Shown: piece by piece, positions 24,101 to 36,400 of the stretch
How the letters are laid out: each line of letters opens with the position of its first letter
Position numbering within the stretch: the first letter of the stretch is position 1
The notes under the pieces: generated by a model
Database searches by the model: none
Told to the model about the DNA's origin: nothing
The model's input: the letters and a program-made list of their open reading frames with translations, nothing else
Program-made: the position numbers and the translations under genes
Assembly (NCBI GenBank): GCA_010909165.1
Contig: MU008183.1
Span: 248,001 to 312,000 of the forward strand
From: Anthoceros angustus
Taxonomy: Eukaryota > Plantae > Anthocerotophyta
Reading direction: 5' to 3'
DNA: 64,000 bases

Positions 24101-25256
24101 GCATAAGCAGTCAAGAGTACAAAGAGAAGATGATACCCGATAGCTTCAAAGAGCACATCAATGCGGCAAGAAATTGGAAGAGGGTGGAAGATTTGCGAGA
24201 GAGTGGTGAGGAAGACAACGACGCAAAACTAGACATTTTCCATGTTCAAAAGCAAGCAAAGGTCCTGGTAATAACGGTGATATTCGTGAAATGGCTGCCT
24301 ACTTGGGGAAAAGAGAATACAAGCTGTTGGTCGTCGATTTACCAAGGGGCAATTTATCGGAGACATGGGATAAGGAGATGACATGTGAGGATATGGAGAA
24401 GATAATGGATGGATTCATGACAATCACCGAATGCAAGACTTTCCGCGTGATATTTATGCATGGACCAGATGCGGATGTCCAAATGCACGCGAAAATGGTG
24501 TGAAAAGGGGGTTTATACAATGGTCCGGGAGAAAGACAATTTGGTCTGACGAGGGACTTTACGAGAATCGCGAGTACATGAGTATGGTGTTCACCCATCT
24601 GAAGATATGAGGAAGTGCATTGTCCAATAGTGCGTACCGAGATTGGAGCAATGCTCGCTTATTCGATATAGCGCAATCGTGAAGAAACTTTTGAATGTGT
24701 CCAACGATGGCCATGTTGTTTCTCCTTACCAAAAGCCAATAGGGTTGATGGTCCCGCTATATGACCTATTCACGTAAAGAGGGGAATGGGTTATAGATGG
24801 ATGCTCGGAAGCGGAGTGGAATACATGACATCGAAGGGAGGAATGTATTGCCATGACCACAGAGGAGCACAATATTCATCCAAACAGACATGTGCCATGA
24901 AGTGTTTCCATGACGAGGAAGAGTTGACCACCAAACCACACAAACGTGGACATCCGGTTTTGCCAAAGAGATGGCAGGAGATCGGCCAGGTCCGCAACGC
25001 CACACTTGGTTCAAGGAACATGCGCACCCATCGACCTTCAAGACTTGAGTCAATCAAGGGGCCGCAAGAAGAAGGAGAAAGATGGCAAAAAGGTCCGGAT
25101 AACCCTAAGAACATGTATGGAAAGAAGAAAGACCGTAAGAAAGCGACTACTTGGGACAACCAACATCCGGAGACGCTTTTGGCAGTCCCAAGGTGGAGAA
25201 ACGCCATATCTTCCTCTTGCTATTTACGATCCGCAACGGCCGCAAGAGAACGATGA
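21107..25256 (+). pseudogene. ParB-like + beta-class N4C/N6A DNA methyltransferase-like gene, frameshifted and spliced
   Basis: IGGNHAS (23251-23271, ParB-like). YKLLVVDLPRGNLSETWDK (24318-24374, DPPY-position motif IV). SPYQKPIGLMVPLYDLFT*RGEWVIDGCS/GSG (24721-24815, QKP plus motif I). GRN.IAM-like (24836-24856, needs 1-nt indel). Probable intron from the donor AAG|GTATGT at 21831 across the GCGC-rich 21880-22260. Confidence 0.65.
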
Positions 25257-25699
25257 CATCGCCGCCCCGAGGACGGAAAGACAACATTCGCCAAACTAGC
25301 TAGAAACATAGACCGTGTCAACTGCTGGAGATCAAATGTGAGGCGCGCACAAGTTTGTGCACAAATAGCATGGCCATCAAGAAAACGATCGTGAATGTCT
25401 CGGATGGTTTTCCTCGAATTTCGGCGTAATGTCACATATCGTTATCGCACCAATAATTGGAATGTTTGTGGGTGACCTCTATGGAGAAATACCAAAAGGC
25501 GATTCTGCCATGGATTTCTACGGTGTAAAGCGGGTCCGGAACGTCCAGAAGCAAAAGGGGTTTCCTGGAGAAACCCCTTCGTAATGCACTGCCAGGAAGT
25601 CCGGTGGACGCGGCATCTCTGGTCCGCTAAGGATCAAGAGCGGCGCCTGGAGCGAGTCCGGATCGGGCTCTCGGACCTAATCGGGGACCCTTAGGTCCC

Positions 25700-26882
25700 G
25701 AGTGTGGTCCCGAGCCTCACCTTCCTTGGCCCTCTTGGCCGCTTAACCCTTCTCCGCCTTCTTCTCCCGGGCTCGGAGGTGGTGAAGGGGTCCGGAGCTG
25801 GCCCTTTTGCCTCTCCCGGTGAGACGGCCCGGGTGGGCCGCTGGCCCCCGCCTCCTTGGCCGGCCCTCTCCGCCTTGATGGTTTTCCTCCGCTTCTTGCC
25901 ACTCCGCTGGCAGGCAAGGGCACGGCGCCCCCGGTGCCGTGGCGCGCCTTCCGCTTTCTTCCCTGTCCGTCGGGGCTCGCAGCTTGTCGTTGTTGTTGGC
26001 CGGCTCGCCGGAGCTGGAACCGCCAACTCTGCCCCTGCCTGCCTTCTTTCTGCTTAGCCGGGGGGCACCGGGAGGAGAAGGATGTCCTCACATTTCCTAG
26101 GTGGCGAGGGGTCCACTCCAGACGTATGGAGTCCGAATCCTCCGCCTCCTCCCACCTCTTGCCCGGACCGCCGGGCCTCCGCCTGCACTCTTCCTTCCGC
26201 CTGTAGGGGCGGCCCGAGTGCTCGTTCCTCCTCGCCCTCCTTCAGGAGGTTCGCGTGCCCTCACACATGGATCAAGAACGGCGATAGCGCCGACGGAGGT
26301 GGCTTCTCGCACCTCAGCTTGCGAGCCTCCTGGTTGATCCGGGCGAAATTATTCTCGCCCGCGCTCATGTAGGTCGTGGAGGAACACTAACAAATTATCC
26401 CCAAGGTGGTCCACCTTGGTGGGCATGTTCCAGTGGACGATAATCTTCGCCACTTATCGCCCTCCGCCCGGGCATCCGACATCAGCCACCCGTTGGAGGA
26501 TCGCTGCGTCCCTGGTCGCAAAAGGGCCGCCCTTGCCGCTTCCACCTTCCCCTTCACCTTGGGGGTTCGTCGCTCCTCCTACTTCCTCGGCCAGAAACCG
26601 CCTCACGACCTCCACGATCCACCTCCTAGGGTCCTCCCGCAGGTTCTTGGATCGGACCTCCTTGTTGGCCGCTGCCAACATCTTCCGGGCGTACTCCCGG
26701 ACTAGGGTGACGCTGTCGAAGGTCCAGACGGCCTGGAAAATGTCCAGGTGCCATTCCTCCACCAGCTCCTCCGCCTCCTCCAGCCACGGGCCGAAGTCCG
26801 GGTAGCGCTTGGTGACGATGTTGCGCTCCACCAAGCGCCATGGCTCCCACACCTCCGCCGCTTTCTTGGGTCCCATCCCCAC
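25700..26882 (-). pseudogene. Degenerate retroelement-associated accessory ORF
   Basis: Broken ORFs MGPKKAAEVWEPW...WIVEVVRRFL and IIVHWNMPTKVDHLGDNLLVFLHD...ALSPFLIHV, followed by basic low-complexity sequence. No catalytic motif. Confidence 0.4.
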
Positions 26883-27139
26883 ACTCCTTCTGTTCCGCTG
26901 TTGAGACGTGAGGCTTTACAATCTCTCGCTCCTCGGCCGCGACGTCAGTTGCTTCCCTCGCCAAGTCGAACCGCGCGGAAGAGTGCCTAAGCGATCGAAA
27001 AGACAACGCCAGAGAGCCGGGTGTCTGAGCGCGAGAGAGTGCGAAAATCGCCGCAAAGTTGTTTGGAAGAATGACCTCCGCCTCGCTTCTCTCCGTCGTG
27101 AGTAACCGTTGCGCGGAAGGGCGGCTCTCCACAGACATG

Positions 27140-27680
27140 AAGGAGCACCACCACTCTCCACAGGAAGGAGCACCACCACTCTCTAGGTGCAAATAACATG
27201 TGACTTCAATTGTATACAATATGGTGCTTCAAAGTCCTTTATCGCGATACAATTGACCGTACGCCGTGGTGGTGGAAAATAAGTCGTTGATGAGGCGAGG
27301 TATTTATAGAAGAAATGTCCTGGCCTATGTTTTTTTTTTCTTGTCTTGATTTTTAGGTTAGAAAATAAATGGTCCGGGAACTTGGTGTTCCTTGGCCCAT
27401 GGACTTGGAATGTCCACTAAAAAGTCTATATATGTGAGATAGGGGGGGGGGTTGGAATAATTAGAGTGTGATAGGTCTATAAGGTTGGGGTCGACCGACG
27501 GGGCGGTAGCTGAATGTGTGGTGCTCCTTCCTGTGGAGAGTGGTGGTGCTCCTTCCTGTGGAGAGTGGTGGTGCTCCTTCCTGTGGAGATAGATGTTCCT
27601 TCCTGTGGAGAGTGGTGGTGTTCCTTCCTGTGGAGAGTGGTGGTGCTCCTTCCTGTGGAGAGTTGTGTTCCTTCCTGTGT
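27140..27680. repeat. 25-bp unit (GGTGCTCCTTCCTGTGGAGAGTGGT) in tandem at 27520-27680 with inverted copies at 27140-27183; repeated at 28970-29480
   Basis: AAGGAGCACCACCACTCTCCACAGG is the reverse complement of the tandem unit. Confidence 0.85.
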
Positions 27681-28214
27681 AGGACCTATCTTGGGAGTGG
27701 TTTGCTGAGGCGGTGCTCTCTTCGCTCGCCTATCTATATATTCAATCTTGATGTATGTGAGCTCCACTATATTCAAATATCATATATCCATCACAAAGCT
27801 TCTATGCTATGTCATCGAGGGCAATGATCTTGGCTAGGGCCTCTATCCTCAAGATGTTAAGCCTTATATATCAAGGAGCATATGAACTTATTATTTAAAG
27901 ACCGGAGCCGATGTCGTGTTGAACTAGGGGGTTGAAACCCTCGGTGGAATATGTGCCGACGCTACGATAAATTGAAGATCCAAGGCATAGAACCTTTTGA
28001 GGATAAAGTGAAGATTGACAAGGCATGGTACATCTTGGGTGACATGCGTTCTTAAGCTATATGGAATGAGCCAATGGTTGGGAAGATATTTTCACATTCG
28101 AATCGAGGTGAAGATAAGGGATGTTATCCAATTACAAGCTCATTATATTGGCGCTTTGAGTGCAAAGTGCAGCTATATGTGAGTTAATCTTTTATATATT
28201 GGCTACTTGGAGGC

Positions 28215-28370
28215 TAGGCCCTAGATGTTACTGAGTGTTATGCGAGGTGTTGCGTTTGAATGCTAGGCCCTAGATGTTGCGGCCGAGTGTTATGCCCTAG
28301 GTGTTGCGGCTGGGCCCTAGATGTTGCGAGTGTTATGCCCTAGATGTTGCGAGTGTTATGCCCTAGGGCG
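28215..28370. repeat. (GCCCTAGATGTTGCG-AGTGTTAT)n minisatellite; longer copy at 30030-30260
   Basis: Directly visible tandem units at the end of each 1.9-kb duplicate. Confidence 0.85.
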
Positions 28371-30329
28371 GTCATCTCCGACATCACCCACCTGCTGGAG
28401 GATCGCTGCGTCCCGGTCGCAAAGGGCCGCCTTCCACCTTCCCCTTCACCTTCAGTAGTTCCGGTCGCTCATCCTACTTCCTCCATTTGGTTGTAAACCC
28501 TCACGACTCCGATCCACCTCAGGGTCCTCCCGGAGTTCTTGATCGACCTTTATTGCTGCCGCTAACATCTTCAAGCGTACTCGACTAGGTGACATCGAAG
28601 CGGGCGGCCGAAAATGTCCAGTGCCATTCCTCCACCAGCCTCGCCGCCTCCTCCCGGCGGTCAAGTCCGGTGGCGCTTGAAGTAGGTTGCCCACTGTCGC
28701 CATGGCTCTGTTAACCTCCGCTTTCTTGGGGTCCCATCCCACTCCTTCATTACCGCTGAGACGGCAGGCTTTACAATCTCGCCCTCAGCCGCGTGATTCC
28801 GCTGCTGAGTCGAACCTTGCCTGAAGAGTGCCTAAGCGATCGAAAAGACAACGCCAGAGAGAGCCGGGTGTGGAGCGCCGAGAGAGTCTGCGCGCAGTTG
28901 TTTGAAGAATGACCTCCGCCTCGCTTCTTCCGTCGTGAGTAACTGTCAGCATGGAGGCGGCTCTCCTGAAGGAGCACCACCACTCTGTGAAGGAGCACCA
29001 CCACTCTGAGTGCGTGCTGTGACTTCAATTGTATACAATATGGTGCTTCAAAGTCCTTTATCGCGATACAATTGACCAGAATGCTGGTGGTGTGAAAATA
29101 AGTCAGGTTGACAGTAGGCAGAGGTATTTATAGAAGAAATGTCCTTGGCCTATGTTTTTTTTTTTTTTTTTCTTGTCTTGATTTTTAGGTTAGAAAATAA
29201 ATGGTCCGGGAACTTGGTGTTCCTTGGCCCATGGACTTGGAATGTCCACTAAAAGTCTATATATGTGAGATAGGGGTTGGAATAATTAGAGTGTGATAGG
29301 TCTATAAGGTTGGGGTCGACCGGTGATGAATGTGTGGTGCTCCTTCACAGCAGAGTGGTGGTGCTCCTTCCTGTGGAGAGTGGTGGTGCTCCTTCACATG
29401 GAGATAGATGTTCCTTCCGTGGAGAGTGGTGGTGTTCCTTCCTGTGGAGTGGTGGTGCTCCTTCCAGTGGAGAGTTGTGTTCCTTCCTGTGTACCTATCT
29501 TGGGAGTGGTTCTTTGAGGCGGTGCTCTCTTTCGCGTATCTATATATTCAATCTTGATGTATGTGAGCTCCACTATATTCAAATATCATATATCCATCAC
29601 AAAGCTTCTATGCTATGTCATCGAGGGCAATGATCTTGGCTAGGGCTCCTCTATCCTCAAGATGTTAAGCCTTATATATCAAGGAGCATATGAACTTATT
29701 ATTTAAAGACCGGAGGATCTTTGTGTTGGCGAACTAGGGGTTGAAACCCTCGGTGGAATATGTGCCGTCGTTGGCGGATAAATTGAAGATCCGAGGCATA
29801 GAACCTTTTGAGGATAAAGTGAAGATTGACAAGGCATGGTACATCTTGGGTGACATGCGGTTCTTAAGCTATATGGAATGAGCCAATGGATTGGGAAGAT
29901 ATTTTCACATTCGAATCGAGGTGAAGATAAGGGATGTTATCCAATTACAAGCTCATTATATTGGCGCTTTGAGTGAGTGCTACAGCGATTACATGTGCGA
30001 GTTAATCTTTTATATATTGGCTACTTGGAGGCTAGGCCCTAGATGTTCTGAGTGTTATGCGGTGTTGCGTTTGAATGCTAGGCCCTAGATGTTGCGGTAG
30101 TGTTATGCCCTAGGTGTTGCGGATCTGGGCCCTAGATGTTGCGTTGATGTTATGCCCTAGATGTTGCGGTTGAGTGTTATGCCCTAGGTGTTGCGGTGAA
30201 TGCTAGGCCCTAGATGTTGCGGTGAGTGTTGCCCTAGGTGTGCCTAGCCCTAGATGTTTTCGATTGATTGATGGTTGATTGATTGTGTGATTGTTGTGAG
30301 CTCTATTACATGTTCGTGAGTCCATTTTC

Positions 30330-33300
30330 ATCTCTGATTCTTTGTATCCTTTTGGTTGGGCTTCTTTCTGGGGATCTCGCCCCGGCTTTTAGGTCTTGAG
30401 TTGTGTGGGCGTTAGTTTGGTGGTTGGCGGTGGTCCTGGGTTGCACCCCTCTTGGCTGGGCCCTTTGGCGGCCTTTTGGGGTTCGCCATACAGCTCAAAC
30501 TCTGTATGTCAGGTCCGGTGGTCATTTTGCCCTCGGTCCCGGTACCTCTTGACCTGCCCTTCAAGGCGTTGCGGGCCCTTTTCGTCCCCATCCAATGGGG
30601 CGATCCACACCTCCGTGGATCAAGGACACTCCTTGTCGATCATGCTCAACTCTCAGTCAAGGGGTGAAAACTCACCTCGGGCACATGCATAAAGATTTCG
30701 ACCCGGACTACAGGGGCCCAAGTGCACGCCGCGACCTCCTCCACGTTGCCCGGCTTTGGCGCATAGCTTTCTCCTTGTGGTGCCTCTTTCTTCACAGGAA
30801 TGGTTGCGGTCAGTGGATCACATCCTTGGGATGTTGAAACCCGCTTTCCATGTCCGCGTATCTTGCAGCTTCCTCGGCACCTTCACGATGATGCCGTCGG
30901 CATTTCGTCTTCCCTAGATCGCCTTGCACTCGATCCGGGATGAGTTAGCTTGGTGTCTCCTCCTTCTTCTCCCGATGGTGTCTTGATTGCACTAGGGGAG
31001 CTTGAGCAAGTGAAGTTGCTAGCCGTCTTCGTTTTGGTGGCGGGCGGCTCTTGAGGAGGGCATGCGTCTTTGCCAAGTCCGGGAATCTCGTGATTGGAGC
31101 AGTGCAATGCAACAAACCTCGCAAGTTGCTTGGCAGGCGGGTGAATATGCCAGCTGCTAGGGCTCTTCGACCCGTCCCTGGCCTCCGCTTGAGACAGAGA
31201 CAATTCCGCCCTCCATGCCTCCATCCGCCACCTAAGGATGCCATTCCCGGACATATCCCTATGTCGGATCCCTTCTCCACTGGGCGGCTTTTGCTCGCTC
31301 TCTCCACAACCCTCGTCTTTCATCTGCGGTTTGTCGGGAATGGTGTTCGAACACCTTAGGGACCTCTTTCTCCCAAGATCCATCCGGCTTTCGAGCTCTT
31401 TTCTCCGGCTGCGGTGGCTCGTGGAGAGATGCCTCACCGGTTTTTGTTCTTGCTAGGCTTGTCGCTATGGACAAGCACCCACCTCAGGCGCCCACTCGCG
31501 GTTGGGGAGGCCTTCATGCGGCTACTCGGCCGCACTATCTCTGCGCTCCCTTCTCCGGCACTTCAACCCCTTCAATTTGGCATTGCCACTCAGGGGCTGA
31601 GTGCGTGGTGCTAGGGGTGAAAGCTTGCCTTGATACCCACCCGGATTGGGTAGTCTTACGGTGGATGTCGAGCGCCTTCAATACCATTTCCGGGCGTCAT
31701 CTTTGAGGAGCTTAGGGATCTTGGCGGCGTCTAGAGTCTTATACCCTTTGTCCGGTGCTTCTACGGAGGTCCTCCAACCTCTACTACCTGAACGTCTCTT
31801 GGTTTGCCGTCTCGTCTTGGAATCGGCCACGGTACCAGGCAAGGCGACCGCGGTGCTCTCTTCGCTGCTCACTATAGGGCCTGTCTAGGGCCGCCCTCCA
31901 GCCTGTGTCTTCCCGTTGGCGGGATTCTCACATCCTCGGGCACAGGGACAAAGTCAAGGAGGCCTTTGAGATATTCTCTTCGAGCTTTCGTTGGTGGGCT
32001 TGAAGGTCAAGATGTCCAAGTGCAGCGTCGGTCCCGTCGGGATCACGCCTACTCTGCGGTTTCTGCGGGAGATTGCTCGGCTCTTGGTCTGCAGTTCTTG
32101 GGGTCCCCTTTGGTTCCCCGACTTCATTGGGAGCTTCACAAGGCCCTTGCAGGACCTCTCCCATATTGAAGACCTCCCTTTCTGGAGGATGCTCGGGTGG
32201 CCTTTGGAATCCTTTCCTTCTGTTTGCTAGGCGCCTGGTACCTCATCCGTCTGTGCCTCCGTCTCGGTCCTTTTGTCCGGCTCGGGGTTTGATCTGAAGA
32301 TTATGGATACTCTTGGGGACATCTTGGGCTCGGGGCTTTTGAGTGCCACAGGGGCGACTGGCAAGCATCCACACTGTGCAATTTGGGCGTGGGGTTGCTC
32401 ATGAGGTCTCTTCCCGGCTTTCTTGGGAGTTGGGCCCTCTGCCCCTTGGCTTCCGTTTCATCCTCCATGACAAGCCCTTTCTCGAGGATCTCGTATCAAG
32501 TGTGGAGGAGGGAACCTTCTCTCCAATCGTCCTTGAGGCGGGAGACATGTTATCGGCGGATGCTCGGAAGGACTTCCTTTCTCTACATTTATCAGATGGC
32601 TTTAGGGATTGCGCATCTGCTCGGCTCGGCGCCCTCATCCTCCGGGACCCCTCCATCCAGTCCACTAGGCGCGGCTCGCTCTTGTTCAGGAAGGCGGGTG
32701 TAGCTCTTGGCCCATGCATACAGATTTCACATCGCACCAACCACCTTCACTCTGCGATGCGATTCCGTCTCGGCCTACTCCGGCCTGGCTTCTTCGCTCC
32801 TCACTTGGCTCTGCTCTTAGCGTCTCTGGTGTCCACCTTGCTCGTTGTCCCCACTCATTATTGCCACTCACTCAGCCATCCGTGGTCATGTTTGCCATTG
32901 CTCGCGAAAGTGGCTATATGGCTGGAGGGAGGCGGGAGTATACTCTTCTTACGTCGTTCAATCGGGACTTATACCTTGTCGTGGCGACGAGGTTGTGGTG
33001 GCGGATGTAGTGGTTCGACCGCGTGGCGCCACCTCCTCAGTCATCACCAACCCTCCAGTGGGCTGCCGTCACTCTCAAGGTCATAAGTATAGCGAGGATG
33101 CAAGCGGGCCACCTCTTTATCCGCTTGCTCTAAAGCGTATGGGGCAATGGGGGACTTTGACAAATTCATCAAGTCTTGTGCCAAAGCTTACCATGCGCGA
33201 GCATAGTGCATGTCCTCTCGTACTTCACATACTTCAGGCGGGTTTCTATTGCTCTTGCGCTCTCAGCGATTCTCCATAAGGCGGCGGTGGGTGATGCCTT

Positions 33301-33470
33301 TTCCTCTTCCTCTGTGGTTTGCGGTAGTTTATTCTACATATGACATTGTGGGTGCGCTTGGTCACTTTAGGTAGGGAGCTCGATTGCTCCTCTTCCTCAA
33401 ACCCGGGTCCCCATTTATTGTCCCTTCCTAGATGGTCTCTTTCCATCGTTCTTTCACCTCAATAAATCAT
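30330..33470 (+). mobile_element. Near full-length CRE-clade non-LTR retrotransposon (ZnF-RT-CCHC-REL endonuclease), frameshifted
   Basis: PCRSCSTLSQGVKTHLGHMH (C2H2-like). RT motifs RPLAVGEAFMRL, LQPLQFG, HPDWVVL..AFNTIS, TRQGD, LGSPL, PLLEDAQVAFGILS..RRPGYLIR. Then MRFRLG, C.CG...HLARC...H.AIRD, VVADVVV and K..KY.....F.PLA.EAYG, with AATAAA at ~33461. Confidence 0.85.
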
Positions 33471-36400
33471 CTCGTGTGTTACTCGCACCATTGTTGTGTA
33501 ATGATGATGTTTTGAAATTCACAAGAGACGAGCAGATGTTGCTGCCATTGCGTGAGAATGGCTTTGCTGTGGATGATTGTGTTCTGTCTTGTGGGCTGAT
33601 TCATATTGTTCTTGTTTTGCTTTGTTCAGCTCTAAGCCTGGTTGCAGATGTGCAGCATGGCTTGACATATGTCTGACCTGTCAGGGTTTGGTGTGGCCTG
33701 TTGTGCCATTGTATGTGTTCCGACATGCAGCTGTTTACCATGCACGACAGTTCTGAATGTCAATCTGATATCTGCACACCCGTTGGAGATGACGATCTCG
33801 GTGCCTCTTGGCCACCTGCACCGGCGGATGCGTGCGCGGGGCCGTGAGCTTGGCCGCATTGGCGGGGTAGGGCGTGCCATGGCCAGCTTCACGATGGGCT
33901 GCGGCAGCAGCTCCCGCACGAAGGCGTTCACAGCCCTGCCCGGCAACTGGCGCTCGCGCGAAGCCGCGAACATCCATGCTCACGCGGAACACTCGCACTC
34001 GCCGCCCTCCATGGCCAAAACGCCCCTGCTACCGCCATCGCTCTTTCTCCCGAAGATCCATCTAGCGGCTTTCGAGCTCTTTTCTCCGGCTGCGGTGGCT
34101 CGTGGAGAGATGCCTCACCGGTTTTTGTTCTTGCTAGGCTTGTCGCTATGGACAAGCACCCACCTCAGGCGCCCACTCGCGGTTGGGAGGCCTTCATGCG
34201 GCTACTCGGCCGCACTATCTCTGCGCTCCCTTCTCCGGCACTTCAACCCCTTCAATTTGGCATTGCCACTCAGGGGCTGAGTGCGTGGTGCTAGGGGTGA
34301 AAGCTTGCCTTGATACCCACCCGGATTGGGTAGTCTTACGGTGGATGTCGAGCGCCTTCAATACCATTTCCGGGCGTCATCTTTGAGGAGCTTAGGGATC
34401 TTGGCGGCGTCTAGAGTCTTATACCCTTTGTCCGGTGCTTCTACGGAGGTCCTCCAACCTCTACTACCTGAACGTCTCTTGAGTTTCGCCGTCTCGTCTT
34501 GGAATCGGCCACGGTACCAGGCAAGGCGACCGCGGTGCTCTCTTCGCTGCTCACTATAGGGCCTGTCTAGGGCCGCCCTCCAGCCTGTGTCTTCCCGTTG
34601 GCGGGCATTCTCACATCCTCGGGCACAGGGACAAAGTCAAGGAGGCCTTTGAGATATTCTCTTAGAGCTTTCGTTGGTGGGCTTGAAGGTCAAGATGTCC
34701 AAGTGCAGCGTCGGTCCCGTCGGGATCACGCCTACTCTGCGGTTTCTGCGGGAGATTGCTCGGCTCTTGGTCTGCAGTTCTTGGGGTCCCCTTTGGTTCC
34801 CCCGACTTCATTGGGAGCTTCCTGGACAAGGCCCTTGCAGGACCTCTCCCATATTGAAGACCTCCCTTTGCTGGAGGATGCTCAGGTGGCCTTTGGAATC
34901 CTTTCCTTCTGTTTTGCTAGGCGCCCTGGGTACCTCATCCGTACGCTGCCTCCGTCTCCGGTCCTTTTGTCCCGGCTCCGGGGGTTTGATACGAAGATTA
35001 TGGATACTCTTGGGGACATCTTGGGCTCAGGGGCTTTTGAGTGCCACAGGGGCGACTGGCAAGCATCCACACTGTGCAATTTGGGCGTGGGGTTGCTCAT
35101 GAGGTCTCTTCCCGGCTTTCTTGGGAGTTGGGCCCTCTGCCCCTTGGCTTCCGTTTCATCCTCCATGACAAGCCCTTTCTCGAGGATCTCGTATCAAGTG
35201 TGGAGGAGGGAACCTTCTCTCTCAATCGTCCTTGAGGCGGGAGACATGTTATCGGCGGATGCTCGGAAGGACTTCCTTTCTCTACATTTATCAGATGGCT
35301 TTAGGGATTGCGCATCTGCTCGGCTCGGCGCCCTCATCCTCCGGGACCCCTCCATCCAGTCCACTAGGCGCGGCTCGCTCTTGTTCAGGAAGGCGGGTGT
35401 AGCTCTTGGCCCATGCATACAGATTTCACATCGCACCAACCACCTTCACTCTGCGATGCGATTCCGTCTCGGCCTACTCCGGCCTGGCTTCTTCGCTCCT
35501 CACTTGTGAGTGCGGCTCTGCTCTTGGCGTCTCGGTGTCCACCTTGCTCGTTGTCCCCACTCATTATTGCCACTCACTCAGCCATCCGTGACGTCATGTT
35601 TGCCATTGCTCGCGAAAGTGGCTATATGGCTGGAGGGAGGCGGGAGTATACTCTTCTTACAGTCGTTCAATCGGGACTTATACCTTGTCGTGGCGACGAG
35701 GTTGTGGTGGCGGATGTAGTGGTTCGACCGCGTGGCGCCACCTCCTCAGTCATCACCAACCCTCCAGTGGGCTGCCGTCACTCTCAAGGTCCATAAGTAT
35801 AGCGGGATGCAAGCGGGCCACCTCTTTATCCGCTTGCTCTAAAGCGTATGGGGCAATGGTGAGGACTTTGACAAATTCATCAAGTCTTGTGCCAAAGCTT
35901 ACCATGCGCAGCATAGTGTATCGCCTCTCAGATTACAAAGATACTCCGGCTGGTTTCTATTGCTCTTCAGCGCTCTCAGCGGCGATTCTCCATAAGGCGG
36001 CGGTGGGTGATGCCTTTTCCTCTTCCTCTACGTGGTTTGCGGTAGTTTATTCTACCCGCATATGACATTGTGGGTGCGATTGGTCACTTTAGGTAGGGAG
36101 CTCGGTTGCTCCTCTTCACTCCGACCCCCGGGTCCCCATTTGTTGTCCCTTCCTAGATGGTCTCTTTCCATCGTTCTTTCACCTCAATAAATCATCTCTC
36201 GTATTGTGCTACTGCACCATTGTTGTGTAATGATGATGTTTTGGAAATTCACAAGAGGACGAGCAGACTGTTGCTGCCATTGCGTGGAGAATGGCTTTGC
36301 TGTGGATGATTGTGTCTGTCTTGTGGGCTGATTCATGTTGTTCTTGTTTTGCTTTGTTCAGCTCTAAGCCTGGTTGCAGATGTGCAGCATGGCTTGACAT

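Larger units (their letters stand above)
16391..25361. mobile_element. Putative ~9-kb composite DNA transposon (Sola-like transposase + ParB/DNA-methyltransferase cargo)
   Basis: Two divergent degenerate genes are bracketed by a perfect 19-bp inverted repeat: TGCACAAACTTGTGCGCGC (16391-16409) and GCGCGCACAAGTTTGTGCA (25343-25361). No TSD was identified, so the ends are tentative. Confidence 0.55.
26465..30250. repeat. ~1.9-kb tandem segmental duplication (26465-28365 / 28366-30250)
   Basis: Long shared blocks, e.g. GTGACTTCAATTGTATACAATATGGTGCTTCAAAGTCC (27200/29010) and GAGCTCCACTATATTCAAATATC (27760/29565). Copies differ mainly by indels. Confidence 0.9.
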
